Source: Candidatus Altimarinota bacterium
GTDB taxonomy: Bacteria; Patescibacteriota; Gracilibacteria; UBA1369; GCA-2718715
Length of the DNA: 64,000 bases
Assembly (NCBI GenBank): GCA_041242255.1
Contig: JBESAV010000001.1
Span: 192,001 to 256,000, forward strand
Reading direction: 5' to 3'
Every line of letters starts with the position of its first letter. Position 1 is the first letter of the stretch. This document shows positions 10,659-21,520 of the stretch, piece after piece. The notes beneath the pieces are model-generated. The model saw only the letters and a program-made list of their open reading frames with translations. It did no database searches and was not told the DNA's origin. Both the position numbers and the translations under genes were made by a program.

Positions 10659-10920
10659 TCTTGTACAACTTGCTTTGAGCTCATTAAACTGATAATATTC
10701 TAAAAGAGAACTACTAGTAACGACTAAATATAGCTTCAAACGGCGTGAGCAATGCAAATCATGAAAAGCGCTGACCATAAAACAAAGGTAGGCCTAGAGA
10801 GAACCTCCCTAAACTAAATCTCTCACACAGAAAAGATGATTAAAAAATAGTAAATTTTTTAAAAAGTGCTCAAAGCACAATTTTTTCTAAATGAAATCTT
10901 AAATTAACACAATTCAGAAA

Positions 10921-12717
10921 ATGAATGACAAAAAGACAAGCAATCTTGATAAGTGGTTACAAAAAAATGTAACTCACTCTAAAGATGTTTCCTCTAATAA
11001 AAAAAGTAAATTTTCATATAGAGGAAGAAAATCAAAAGGAGACAAATTAAAAATCATTCCACTAGGTGGTTTGAACGAAGTTGGTAAAAACATGATGCTC
11101 CTTGAATACGGTGACGACATGATCGTTATCGACATGGGATTATTATTCCCTGAAGAAGACATGCTCGGAGTTGATTATATCGTTCCAGACATAACTTACC
11201 TTCAAAAAAACCAACATAAGTTAAGAGGTATACTTATTACCCATGGTCATCTAGATCATATCGGAGCAATATCTTACCTTGCACCAAAACTAAAAGATCC
11301 AAAATTTTATGGACTACCCCTTACTATGGGAATGGTTCAAAAGAAGATCTCTGAGTACAAAAGAGCTAGAAAGAGTGTAAATACTTTCCCAGTTAAACCT
11401 AGAAAAACTTTTAGACTTGGATGTTTCAAAGTAACTTTCTTCAGAGTAAACCATTCAATACCTGATTCAGCCGGAATCATTATTGAAACCCCTGAAGGAT
11501 TTGTAGTCCATACAGGTGATTTCAAATTTGATGAAACTCCAGCTGACGGACTTATGGCTGATACAGACATCATGAAGCTTATGGGGACCAAGAATGTAGT
11601 AGCACTACTCTCAGACAGTACAAATGCTACAAAACCTGGTTCAACAGTTTCAGAGAAAGTTGTAGGAGAAGCATTAGACGACATCATTACTAATACAGAT
11701 GGAAGAATAATCATAGCTTCTTTCGCCTCACTTATAGGTAGAATGCAACAGATTATTGATTCAGCTCAAAAAAATGGTCGTAAAATATTTGTGACTGGTC
11801 GATCAATGAAAGAAAATATCAAACTAGCTACCAAAATGGGATACATCAAATATCCTAAAGGACTAGTAACTGAGCTTAGAAGAGATAAAAATAAAGAATC
11901 ACATTCTAAAAATGCTTTAATTTTAACTACGGGTAGTCAAGGTGAGTCGTTGGCCGCACTTACAAGAATGGCCATGAATGAACATCCAAAAGTTAAAATC
12001 ATGCCAAGTGACACAGTTGTATACTCATCCTCCCCTATTATTGGTAATGAGAGAGCTATTACAGCCGTGGTAAATGAAATTACAAGAAAAGGTGCCAAAG
12101 TTATTACTAACAAACACATGGACATCCATACAACAGGTCATGGACACCAAGAAGACTTAAAAAGAATGATTAATTACATCAAACCTAAATACTTTATTCC
12201 AGTACATGGTGAATACTACATGAGGTGCGCACATAGAGATTTAGCCGTTGAAGAAGGAATTCCCCGTGAAAACACTTTTGTGATAGACAATGGAAATATC
12301 ATCGAAATACAAGACAAAAAAATGTCAGTTTCTAAACGTTCTCTACCAGACAAATACATCCTTGTAGATAACCAATCTAATGTCCTAGCTGGGATTGCAA
12401 CACACATCATTTCAGAAAGACAAGCTATGTCACTCAATGGAGTTGTTATAGTAACAGCCAACATTGACGCCAAAACCGGTAAGCTTAAATCTGCTAAAAC
12501 TGAATCACACGGATTTATATTTATGAGAAGTACAGAGAAAGTTATTGAAGAAATAACCAGAGACAGTATTGAAGCCTACAATAACCTTCATGACAAAAAA
12601 GATAAGCGAGTTACACCAAAAGAAGCTGCTGCAGAGCTTAAAACAGTTATCGACCGTAACTTCTTACGTAGAATCCAACGTCGCCCATTAGTTGTTCCTA
12701 TCATCAACGAGGTCTAA
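10921..12717 (+). CDS. rnj: Ribonuclease J
   Basis: 'PLGGLNEVGKNM', 'THGHLDHIG', 'HTTGHG', 'PVHGE'. Confidence 0.95.
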   Translation: MNDKKTSNLDKWLQKNVTHSKDVSSNKKSKFSYRGRKSKGDKLKIIPLGGLNEVGKNMMLLEYGDDMIVIDMGLLFPEEDMLGVDYIVPDITYLQKNQHKLRGILITHGHLDHIGAISYLAPKLKDPKFYGLPLTMGMVQKKISEYKRARKSVNTFPVKPRKTFRLGCFKVTFFRVNHSIPDSAGIIIETPEGFVVHTGDFKFDETPADGLMADTDIMKLMGTKNVVALLSDSTNATKPGSTVSEKVVGEALDDIITNTDGRIIIASFASLIGRMQQIIDSAQKNGRKIFVTGRSMKENIKLATKMGYIKYPKGLVTELRRDKNKESHSKNALILTTGSQGESLAALTRMAMNEHPKVKIMPSDTVVYSSSPIIGNERAITAVVNEITRKGAKVITNKHMDIHTTGHGHQEDLKRMINYIKPKYFIPVHGEYYMRCAHRDLAVEEGIPRENTFVIDNGNIIEIQDKKMSVSKRSLPDKYILVDNQSNVLAGIATHIISERQAMSLNGVVIVTANIDAKTGKLKSAKTESHGFIFMRSTEKVIEEITRDSIEAYNNLHDKKDKRVTPKEAAAELKTVIDRNFLRRIQRRPLVVPIINEV

Positions 12718-12722
12718 TAAAT

Positions 12723-12998
12723 TTGACAAAACAAATAAAAAACTTACTATTTCAAAAAGTAAGTTTTTTTATGGAATCAAATGAAATTCTTCTACAAGAA
12801 GTCATCCAAGAGATAGGAGAAATCAACCAAGACCAGGCCTACCTACTCCACCTGCTTTTCTTAGGTAATTATGAGTACAGTACTTTAAAAGAAGATCTTG
12901 AAAAAAACTTTACCAAAGAACAGATAAACCAAATTAAAAGTCACACTAACAATAGAGTCAAAACCCTTACCGAGATAACAGATTTCTCTTTTGAATAG
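12723..12998 (+). CDS. Small hypothetical protein
   Basis: ORF directly after rnj; ATG at 12771 is a more likely start; no recognisable motif. Confidence 0.5.
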   Translation: MTKQIKNLLFQKVSFFMESNEILLQEVIQEIGEINQDQAYLLHLLFLGNYEYSTLKEDLEKNFTKEQINQIKSHTNNRVKTLTEITDFSFE

Positions 12999-13024
12999 TG
13001 ATTTCCACCCAAAACCCAACATTC

Positions 13025-13620
13025 TAAATGTGCAAAACTAACAAAGAAACCTTATCAAATAGAGCAATAACCCACCCTGCAAAACTCCTGTAAAACCTAA
13101 TAGTATTAAACTATTTAACAATTGTTCCACAGCTTTTTTGACATACTAAAAATACAACGAATAATTCTTCACACAACTTTCACACACCCCTTCAGCCCAG
13201 CAAACTTTCGTCAAAGCCCAGCAAATAAATCAATCCTACAATCCACAATTACACATTTCCTCCCAACATTTTTCCCACAATCAGCCCCTTTCTCCACAAC
13301 TTATACACAATCTATACACATTTTTGTGCAAAACTATCAAGTTTCCCACAATCCATTTTTCAGCATTATTTAAACAAATCTCAAAAACAAACAATCACAA
13401 AAGCGCTTTAAATAAACATCCAACAAAAAATGTGCAAAAACTTTTTCCACAAAAATCAACCTTTTCCTCTAGTCTATAACCATAAAGCAGACTTTCACAC
13501 AAATTAACAACCTTTACACAATTCCCTTACTTATAAGCAATACTCCTCCTCTAAAACTTATACACAACAACACTACTACTACTATCTACTACTAATAATT
13601 TATTTAAATATATAAACACA
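13025..13620. other. Putative replication origin oriC
   Basis: Six TTWTNCACA matches (13029-13037 rev, 13301-13309, 13325-13333 rev, 13431-13439 rev, 13443-13451, 13558-13566) plus degenerate boxes; TAC trinucleotide run (~13572-13595) then AT-rich tract; directly upstream of dnaN. Confidence 0.85.
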
Positions 13621-13708
13621 TGTTCACAATCCCATAAACAGATAAATACAATTTTTCTTGTTTACCTCCCCCATTTCTGATTAAATTAGAACCACTAAAC
13701 AAAAACAC

Positions 13709-14818
13709 ATGAAAGCCACAATCAACCAACAGAAAATATCAAAAGCTTTAAACATTGTTACAAAAGCCATAAACAACAACAACACACTTCCAATCCTAAA
13801 TAACATCCTGATCGAAACCACAGAAAAAGGATTAAAATTCTCTGCAACAAACCTAGAAATAGCAATCAGCTACACAACAACAGGCTCCATCACAGAGCAA
13901 GGTTCGATCACAATTCCTGCCAAACTGATCACATCCTACGTTTCCCTACTCCACAACACAGACCTAGAACTTTCCACAGACGAAAAGCTTCACCTCCACA
14001 TCAACTCCGACACATCCAAAACAGAAATCAAAGGCCTTCAATCGGAAGATTATCCAACAATCCCAACAATCGAAGAAGAAGATCAATTCAAAATAAAAAT
14101 CAAAGATCTACTTCAAGCAATCAACCAAACCGTATTCGCCTCTTCAATCAACAACACTCGCCCAATCCTATCCGGTGTTTACATCCACATTCACAACAAT
14201 CAAATTACTTTCGCAGCCACTGACAGTTACCGTCTAGCAGAAAAAAAAGTTGCCATCAAAGAGTCTTCTTCAGAAGAACTTTCCTGCATCATTCCTGGAA
14301 AAACTCTGCAAGAATTGTCTAAAATTCTTCCCCTCTTCAATGAGGAACAAGAGGTTTCAATCTCTCTAAACAAAAACCAAATCGCCTTCCAACTTGAAGA
14401 ACTACTAGTTGTTTCACGGCTTATAGAAGGGAATTTCCCAAATTACCAAGCCATTATTCCAGAAGAATCCAATACCACTATTATTACAGATGCTTCAGAA
14501 TTGAACTTAGCGCTTAAAAGAATCAATCTTTTTGCACGAGAAATAAACAATTCCATCCATATGGAAGCCAACAAAGAGACCAAAAAACTCAACATCTCTA
14601 CAGATGAAACCAAGATAGGTGCCGAAGTAACTGAACTTGATATTGATATTCAGGGAGAAAACAATAGAATATCGCTGAATTCCCAATACCTCTTAGATGT
14701 ATTGAACATTCATTCTAACGGGGCTCTTATCCTCAAAGTTGTCGAAAAAAACAAACCAATCAAGGTTGTAACCGAAAAAGATGACAACTTCGTTTACATA
14801 ATCATGCCTCTCAAATAA
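13709..14818 (+). CDS. dnaN: DNA polymerase III beta sliding clamp
   Basis: 'LPILNNILI', 'ATNLE', 'ATDSYRLA', 'SRLIEGNFPNY', C-terminal 'IIMPL'. Confidence 0.97.
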   Translation: MKATINQQKISKALNIVTKAINNNNTLPILNNILIETTEKGLKFSATNLEIAISYTTTGSITEQGSITIPAKLITSYVSLLHNTDLELSTDEKLHLHINSDTSKTEIKGLQSEDYPTIPTIEEEDQFKIKIKDLLQAINQTVFASSINNTRPILSGVYIHIHNNQITFAATDSYRLAEKKVAIKESSSEELSCIIPGKTLQELSKILPLFNEEQEVSISLNKNQIAFQLEELLVVSRLIEGNFPNYQAIIPEESNTTIITDASELNLALKRINLFAREINNSIHMEANKETKKLNISTDETKIGAEVTELDIDIQGENNRISLNSQYLLDVLNIHSNGALILKVVEKNKPIKVVTEKDDNFVYIIMPLK

Positions 14819-14838
14819 ACCGATAAAGAAGACGATTC

Positions 14839-17800
14839 ATGCTTATAAGACTGCTTTTACAAGTCTTTCCTAAATCAATTATTTCAAAAGTCACTGACCT
14901 TTTCAACGACCACAACTCAGTGATTCTTTCTGGTACTGGAAACAAAACATCAAAATCAATCCTAACCCTAAAAACCTGGCAGGAAGTAGCACCAAACTCT
15001 ACCCTACTCTGGTGTGTTAACTCTATCCAAGAACTCGACGAACTAAAAAAAGAACTATCTATCTGGACTAAAGAAGAAATCGAAAAGTACCGGATCCTCG
15101 ACAACACTATCGACGACAAAAAAACACACCGCTTAAACATTGGAAATACCCTAAACCTAATCGCAAATCTCCAGGAAAATAAAAAGCAAATCATTCTTAC
15201 AACCTATGAAGATCTACTCTTTAATACTCCAACTAAATCCGATCTTGAAGACCAAACCTGGCATATAAAAGTAGAGCAAGAACACAGCTTAGTTAGTATG
15301 TTTGAAAGACTAATAGATATGAACTTCCAAACAGCCACTGATAAATTTTTAAACCCAGGAGAGTATTTTTGTAGAGGAAACCTTCTAAATATATACCCTC
15401 ACAACCTAGACTACCCAATCCGTATCACTGTAGATTTCGATGAAATAACTCAAATTGACATACTGGATCACGATCAAAAGACCGTTCTAGCCTCTGTAGA
15501 CTCAATAGATCTCTATCCAATTATTGAAAACAAAGCTAATTATCACCTAAATCAATTTTTCACTCCCGACAATTTTATAGTATTTGATGAGCTTGAAATC
15601 ATAGACGATGACTTTAAATCTTGGGACAACTTCACTAAAGACATCCCATCTAAATTGCTTAAAATTCACTCTTTCAACGAAGATGAACCAAACCACACTC
15701 ACCTACCATACACTTCAATCCTAAAATTCCAGTCAGTTCCAGATTTCATAAAAACAATCCAAGACAAAAAGCAATTATCTTGGAAGATAATTCTAGCAAC
15801 CAAAAACGAAAAAGAGCTTAAAAACATGCTCAAAGAGCACAACATTATCTTCAATACAGATTTAGAAGCTTTCACCAAAAATGAAACAGGAGTTCTCCTT
15901 TTTACAATTGATGAAGACCTTCCTCTTCCAACATCTTTCCAAAACATTGAAGACAAAATTATCCTAATCACCGACAAAGACATTGCTCGCATAGGTAAAA
16001 AAGAAAAAAAATCTTCAAATAGTTCGCAAGTCTATCTAGATCTTATCACTTCCCTAAAGTCTAGGGATCTAGTTGTCCACACAGATCACGGTATAGGAAG
16101 ATACCAAGGACTTATCCAAAAAACAGTTTCTGGAATCACCAAAGAATATATCGAACTCTCCTATGCCCAAAACGACAAACTATTTGTCCCAATCGACCAA
16201 GCCGACAGAGTTTCCAAATACATTGGATCTGAAGAAAACGCCCCAAAACTAACTCGCTTAGGTTCATCCGAATGGGCTACAGTAAACAAAAAAGTTAAAA
16301 AAGAAGCTCAAAAAATAGCTAAAGAACTACTCAAAATATTTGCAGCAAGAGAGGCTTCTCCTGGAGTAAAGTTTGAAAAAGATAATGACCTTCAAGACAA
16401 GTTTGAAGAAACCTTTCCTTACGAAGAAACACCAGGTCAGATTAAAGCTATCATTGACGTTAAGAAAGACATGGAAGCCCCTCAACCAATGGATCGTCTG
16501 ATATGTGGAGATGTTGGTTTTGGGAAAACCGAAGTTGCTATGCGAGCTGCTTTCAAAGCAGTCCAGTCTGGGAAGCAAGTGGCATTCATTTCTCCAATAA
16601 CTATTTTAGCCGACCAACACTACAAGTCTTTCAAGAAAAGAATGGATGAGTTCCATGTACGTATAGAAATGCTAAGTCGATTCAAAACAAAATCAGAAGC
16701 AAAGAAAATTATTGAAAAAGCCAAAAAAGGCGAAGTCGACATCATAATAGGAACACATAGGCTTCTTCAAAAAGATATAGAATTCAAAAACCTTGGACTA
16801 GTCATAATCGACGAAGAGCAAAGATTTGGAGTTAAACAAAAAGAAACCCTCAAAGAAATGCGTGCAGAGGTAGATATTCTTACCCTTACTGCAACTCCAA
16901 TCCCAAGAACTCTCAACATGTCCCTCAATAAACTCCGAGATATTACAACCATTACTACTCCCCCACCAGGAAGACTCCCAGTAATTACTGAAGTAAGAAA
17001 ATATTCCGAAAAACTAATTGAAGAAGCCATTCGCAAAGAATTAGACCGAGGTGGGCAAATCTACCTACTACATAATCGTGTTCAAACCATCGACACCTTA
17101 GCTGCCAAGCTTCACGAACGTATGCCAGACGTTAGATTTGTAGTAGCTCATGGACAACTCTCTCCTCAAGAACTAGAAAAAAGAATCCTGGCCTTCAAAG
17201 AAGGAAAATACGATGTTCTAATAAGCTCAACAATTATCGAAAACGGTATCGATCTTCCAAATGCCAACACTCTCATAGTAAACAAAGCCGAAAAGTTTGG
17301 TTTATCACAACTTTACCAATTAAGAGGTCGTGTAGGTCGTGGAAAAGCCCAAGCTTACGCATATTTCCTTTATCACGGTCGTAGACTCAAGTTAGACGCT
17401 CGTAAACGTCTAAAAGCTATTGTTGAGGCCTCCGAGCTTGGTTCTGGGTTCCAGATTGCTATGAAGGATTTAGAAATCCGTGGAGCCGGAGAAATCCTAG
17501 GTGCCAGTCAGAGTGGAACCATGCAAGTTGTAGGTGTTAGTCACTTTATTCGAATGCTTAACAAAGCCGTCGACGACCTCAAATCAGGTCGAGTTGATGA
17601 CGATAATGAGGAAGCTCAAGAAGTTTCTATAGAATTACCAGTCAACGCCTTCATCCCAGACAGCTACATCCCAACTTCAAAAGATAAAATCAGCTACTAT
17701 CAAAAACTATCAGCTGCTTCAGACACCTCTTACCTCTCAGAAATAAAAGAAGATCTCGAAGATGAGTTCGGTCGACTACCCAACGAAGTCCACAACCTTT

Positions 17801-18075
17801 TACAAGTTATAGAGCTAAAAATACACGCCAAAAACGCCAATCTCCAAAACATCAAGTCTCAAGATTTCAGAGGATCATCTAAAGGAAAACAAATCATCCT
17901 TACGTTATCCAAACAAGTAAAACCTACCAATATTATCTCCCTTCTCAACCACAACGATAAATGGGAAATAACCGGTACAAAACTTAAAATAAACCTAGAA
18001 TACCTAGGCGCTCACTGGTTCCAAGAACTAATCAATTCCGTTGAAGCTTTAGGTCAAAAAGTAGAGCCAAAATAA
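14839..18075 (+). CDS. mfd: Transcription-repair coupling factor
   Basis: RID domain 'VVHTDHGIGRY', 'CGDVGFGKTEVA', 'DEEQRFG', 'TATPIPRTL', 'QLRGRVGR', TRG motif. Confidence 0.97.
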   Translation: MLIRLLLQVFPKSIISKVTDLFNDHNSVILSGTGNKTSKSILTLKTWQEVAPNSTLLWCVNSIQELDELKKELSIWTKEEIEKYRILDNTIDDKKTHRLNIGNTLNLIANLQENKKQIILTTYEDLLFNTPTKSDLEDQTWHIKVEQEHSLVSMFERLIDMNFQTATDKFLNPGEYFCRGNLLNIYPHNLDYPIRITVDFDEITQIDILDHDQKTVLASVDSIDLYPIIENKANYHLNQFFTPDNFIVFDELEIIDDDFKSWDNFTKDIPSKLLKIHSFNEDEPNHTHLPYTSILKFQSVPDFIKTIQDKKQLSWKIILATKNEKELKNMLKEHNIIFNTDLEAFTKNETGVLLFTIDEDLPLPTSFQNIEDKIILITDKDIARIGKKEKKSSNSSQVYLDLITSLKSRDLVVHTDHGIGRYQGLIQKTVSGITKEYIELSYAQNDKLFVPIDQADRVSKYIGSEENAPKLTRLGSSEWATVNKKVKKEAQKIAKELLKIFAAREASPGVKFEKDNDLQDKFEETFPYEETPGQIKAIIDVKKDMEAPQPMDRLICGDVGFGKTEVAMRAAFKAVQSGKQVAFISPITILADQHYKSFKKRMDEFHVRIEMLSRFKTKSEAKKIIEKAKKGEVDIIIGTHRLLQKDIEFKNLGLVIIDEEQRFGVKQKETLKEMRAEVDILTLTATPIPRTLNMSLNKLRDITTITTPPPGRLPVITEVRKYSEKLIEEAIRKELDRGGQIYLLHNRVQTIDTLAAKLHERMPDVRFVVAHGQLSPQELEKRILAFKEGKYDVLISSTIIENGIDLPNANTLIVNKAEKFGLSQLYQLRGRVGRGKAQAYAYFLYHGRRLKLDARKRLKAIVEASELGSGFQIAMKDLEIRGAGEILGASQSGTMQVVGVSHFIRMLNKAVDDLKSGRVDDDNEEAQEVSIELPVNAFIPDSYIPTSKDKISYYQKLSAASDTSYLSEIKEDLEDEFGRLPNEVHNLLQVIELKIHAKNANLQNIKSQDFRGSSKGKQIILTLSKQVKPTNIISLLNHNDKWEITGTKLKINLEYLGAHWFQELINSVEALGQKVEPK

Positions 18076-18146
18076 ATCGCTTACTTGACAAGATACGTTT
18101 TTCATTATAACCTAAAAAGCACAGAAATGACTGCTAATTTACATAT

Positions 18147-18569
18147 GGGGATGAACATGGATTTCGATTTGTGTGACACGAAGTCAATGATCGCTGTGTC
18201 GGGATTGCTCTGTCTCCCGGTAGATCCGTCCAGAGCAAACATAAATGCAAACGATAACGAAGAATCTACTGTAGCTGCTCTTAAAGCTTTATTTGCTCAA
18301 CCAGTTGCTGCTTAATAGATTTTAATCTAAGCAATAGACACCCCAAAGCGGTGTCGAGCACTCATTCTCTAGTCTCGAGAGTTTAAGTGTTATATTAGAG
18401 ACTAAGCTTACTTTGTAAGGAGTGACAAGTAAGTCGAAAACCCTAAACCCTAGGTAGTAGTTTTTTGTTAGGTTTCCCACCTACTACTGAATTACCAAAT
18501 CTAACTATCATAGTAGACGTCATTGGTTTCCACATAAAGACTCGGGTTCAACTCCCGACATCTCCACCA
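18147..18569 (+). ncRNA. ssrA: tmRNA; tag ORF 18247-18315 encodes ANDNEESTVAALKALFAQPVAA
   Basis: 5' GGGGATG pairs with 3' CATCTCC-ACCA; T-arm 'gggttcaactccc'; resume codon GCA after 'ataaat'; tag starts AND and ends AA. Confidence 0.95.
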
Positions 18570-18695
18570 AAAGTGAATTAGCTTTTTTCCTATATTCAAA
18601 AAACTATCTTGCCAACACGCAATCAAATTTCAGTACTATTATTTGCCCCACTCCCCTCTCAAACATAGAATACATTCATAATTTTAATAAAAAAT

Positions 18696-21404
18696 ATGAA
18701 AATTAAACCTTTTTTATTGCGAAAGGCCTATTTGTCATTCGCTGCATGTTTATTTACAGTGATTCTCAGCCCTGCTGCATTAGCTGCACCAGCTGATCAT
18801 TACGTTATAACAATAGATACAACTCAACCAGGAACTTCAGATACCCAATCATTTACTATTCCTACATATCCTGGAGAAACTTATAACTACAGCGTAGATA
18901 CCAACAACGACACTGACTTTGTAGACTTAGAGGATTTCCAGCTACAAACTGGTGACTTAACTATTGATTTCGGAACTCCAGGAACCTACACAATCCGTAT
19001 CGAAGGAACTTTCCCTGGTATCTATTTCAATAATGGAGGCGATGCCCAAAAGCTAGTCTCAGTAGATCAATGGGGTACAATTGCCTGGGAGAGGTTTGAT
19101 GGAGCATACTACGGAGCTACAAATATGAATATTGCTGCTTCAGACAATCCAATCCTAACTTCAGTAAATAGCTTCCAAAACACTTTCAGAGGTGCAGAAA
19201 ACCTCAATGCAGACCTAAGTGGTTGGACTACAACTAGCATAACCAATCTAAACGCCACTTTCCTTGGGGCATTAATCTTTGATGGAAACATAACAACTTG
19301 GGATGTTTCCAATGTTGAGAATTTTGGATCAACATTCAACAGTGCTGAAGCCTTTGACCAAAACATAGGAGGGTGGGTAACCGACTCAGCCACTTTCATG
19401 GAAGGAACTTTTAATGGAGCAGAATCTTTCAACCAAGACATCGGAAGTTGGAATCTATCTTCAGTAACCGATACAAGTTTCATGTTTAGAGATGCTGTAC
19501 TTTTCAATCAAGACCTCGACATGTGGGATGTCTCTTCAGTTACAAATATGGAACAAATGTTCTACGAAGCTAATGTTTTCGATGGAAACATAACAACCTG
19601 GGACACCTCTTCTGTAATAGATATGAACTATATGTTCTTCAGAGCTTACGATTTTGACCAGCCAATCAACTACGACCCAATAAATGGATATTGGGATACC
19701 TCAAGTCTTCAGATCATGAATAACATGTTCTCAAACGCAACATCTTTTAATCAATTCATCGGAGATTGGGATACTTCTTCCGTTACTAACATGTCTACCG
19801 TATTTAACTCAGCAACTCTTTTCAATCAAGGATTAAGTGATTGGGATACATCCTCCGTTACAAACATGGAGTTTATGTTTGCTAACGCTCCAAATTTTGA
19901 TCAACCAATTGGAGCTTGGGATACAGGCCAAGTTCAAAGCATGAGAGCTATGTTCTCAAATGCAGATGACTTTGATCAAAATCTTAACAATTGGGATACA
20001 TCCTCTGTTACAAACATGTCAGAAATGTTCTCAGGTGCAGATTCTTTTAATGGATCTATTTCAGATTGGGACACTTCACTAGTTACAGACATGAGTTCAA
20101 TGTTTTTTCAAGCTGATGCTTTCAACCAAGAAATAGGAGACTGGAATGTATCTAGTGTAGTAGACATGGATTCAATGTTCGAAGGAGCACAAATCTTCAA
20201 CCAGCCATTAAATCAATGGGATGTATCTTCATTAACCGGTGCAGGTGGTATGTTTTCAGATGCTGTAGCATTTGATCAGCCACTGGGTAATTGGAATACA
20301 ATTTCCCTCGAAAACACCACTAATATGTTCAATGGAGCTACCTCTTTTGATCAAGATTTAGGTAATTGGAATGTAGATAATCTATCTACTGCCTTTAATA
20401 TGTTTTTAGGTGTAGAGCTATCTAGATTAAACTACGATTCACTCCTAGAGGGATGGTCAGAACACGCAGCAACAGGAGTAACTTTCGATGGTGGTAATAG
20501 CACTTACTGTGATGAAGATTCAAGAAACATACTTACTTCAAATAAATCATGGACTATAACTGATGGTGGTCTTGCCGCAAACTGTCCAGTAAGCACCAAT
20601 GGATCTTCAAGCGGTTCAGCTAACAATATTAGTCCATTCTCTTCTACCAATTCAAGTGGATCTTCATCCACTGATACAACTTCTAGTTCAACAGAACCTG
20701 AAGAAACTCTAGATCCAACAGTACTTGCGGTAAATGAAAAGCTTAATAATTTACCACTAGAAAGTTGTTTAGTGGAAGACAATACAAGAGATCCTCAATT
20801 CACTGATGGAGATGAATTACCATCAAATTTAGATATCCTTACAAAATTAAAGGCCTCAGCCGATAATGACACTTACCTACTCCAAGGAAATGGGGATGGA
20901 TCTCTAGCTCTATCTAGAGTCTTAAACAGAGCAGAAGCAGTAAAATTAATTCTAGTTTCACACTGTCTTCCAATTCTAAACGAAGAAAAACTTCCAGATA
21001 CAACTTTTACAGGTCAACCACTTCCAAACTTCTCTGATCTACCAAGAAGCTTTGGTACACCAACCGATAGATGGTTGAGAGATACATTTTATTCTGCTGC
21101 TTATTACGAAATCATTAGAGGAACAGATGATGGTACCGCTGAAGCAGCCAGAGAAGTAAATGCTGCTGAATATTATACTATGCTATCCAGAATGGCAGAC
21201 CTTACTAACTTAGTAGGAATAACTCAATCAGAGGTGCCTAGTGGGCAAGGAACATGGTATGAGGATCACGTTGGAAGACTTATCACCGAGACATTATTGG
21301 ATACCAACGAGTTAATCTCATTCAATTACGATCAAAAAATAGATCGTTTAACAGCACTCCAGCTGATAGCTCGAGCAATCCAAACCAGAAGCATGTTACA
21401 GTAA
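18696..21404 (+). CDS. BspA/DUF285-repeat surface protein with C-terminal SLH-like region
   Basis: Signal peptide; many 25-aa 'FNQxIGxWDTSSVTNMxxMF' repeats; Ser-rich linker; 'LNRAEAVK' SLH-like motif. Confidence 0.85.
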   Translation: MKIKPFLLRKAYLSFAACLFTVILSPAALAAPADHYVITIDTTQPGTSDTQSFTIPTYPGETYNYSVDTNNDTDFVDLEDFQLQTGDLTIDFGTPGTYTIRIEGTFPGIYFNNGGDAQKLVSVDQWGTIAWERFDGAYYGATNMNIAASDNPILTSVNSFQNTFRGAENLNADLSGWTTTSITNLNATFLGALIFDGNITTWDVSNVENFGSTFNSAEAFDQNIGGWVTDSATFMEGTFNGAESFNQDIGSWNLSSVTDTSFMFRDAVLFNQDLDMWDVSSVTNMEQMFYEANVFDGNITTWDTSSVIDMNYMFFRAYDFDQPINYDPINGYWDTSSLQIMNNMFSNATSFNQFIGDWDTSSVTNMSTVFNSATLFNQGLSDWDTSSVTNMEFMFANAPNFDQPIGAWDTGQVQSMRAMFSNADDFDQNLNNWDTSSVTNMSEMFSGADSFNGSISDWDTSLVTDMSSMFFQADAFNQEIGDWNVSSVVDMDSMFEGAQIFNQPLNQWDVSSLTGAGGMFSDAVAFDQPLGNWNTISLENTTNMFNGATSFDQDLGNWNVDNLSTAFNMFLGVELSRLNYDSLLEGWSEHAATGVTFDGGNSTYCDEDSRNILTSNKSWTITDGGLAANCPVSTNGSSSGSANNISPFSSTNSSGSSSTDTTSSSTEPEETLDPTVLAVNEKLNNLPLESCLVEDNTRDPQFTDGDELPSNLDILTKLKASADNDTYLLQGNGDGSLALSRVLNRAEAVKLILVSHCLPILNEEKLPDTTFTGQPLPNFSDLPRSFGTPTDRWLRDTFYSAAYYEIIRGTDDGTAEAAREVNAAEYYTMLSRMADLTNLVGITQSEVPSGQGTWYEDHVGRLITETLLDTNELISFNYDQKIDRLTALQLIARAIQTRSMLQ

Positions 21405-21410
21405 AACTAA

Positions 21411-21441
21411 AGCCCTCTCATAACGAGTAGGGCTTTTTTTT
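21411..21441 (+). terminator. Intrinsic terminator
   Basis: agccct-ctc...gag-tagggct hairpin followed by a long T run. Confidence 0.75.
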
Positions 21442-21520
21442 GCAAAACATAATTTTACAAATCATAAAAATATCTTTTATGTTATAGATTCCTATGTAGA
21501 ATAAAGAAAAACCCATCATC

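Noticed and set aside
13122-13373. 83-aa ORF in the oriC region
   Set aside because: Composition reflects DnaA-box repeats; no protein features
18085-18315. 76-aa ORF in the track
   Set aside because: Overlaps tmRNA; only the last 22 codons are the tag reading frame
19200-20420. 75-bp periodic DNA repeats
   Set aside because: Explained by DUF285 protein repeats; degenerate at synonymous sites; no reverse transcriptase to suggest a DGR
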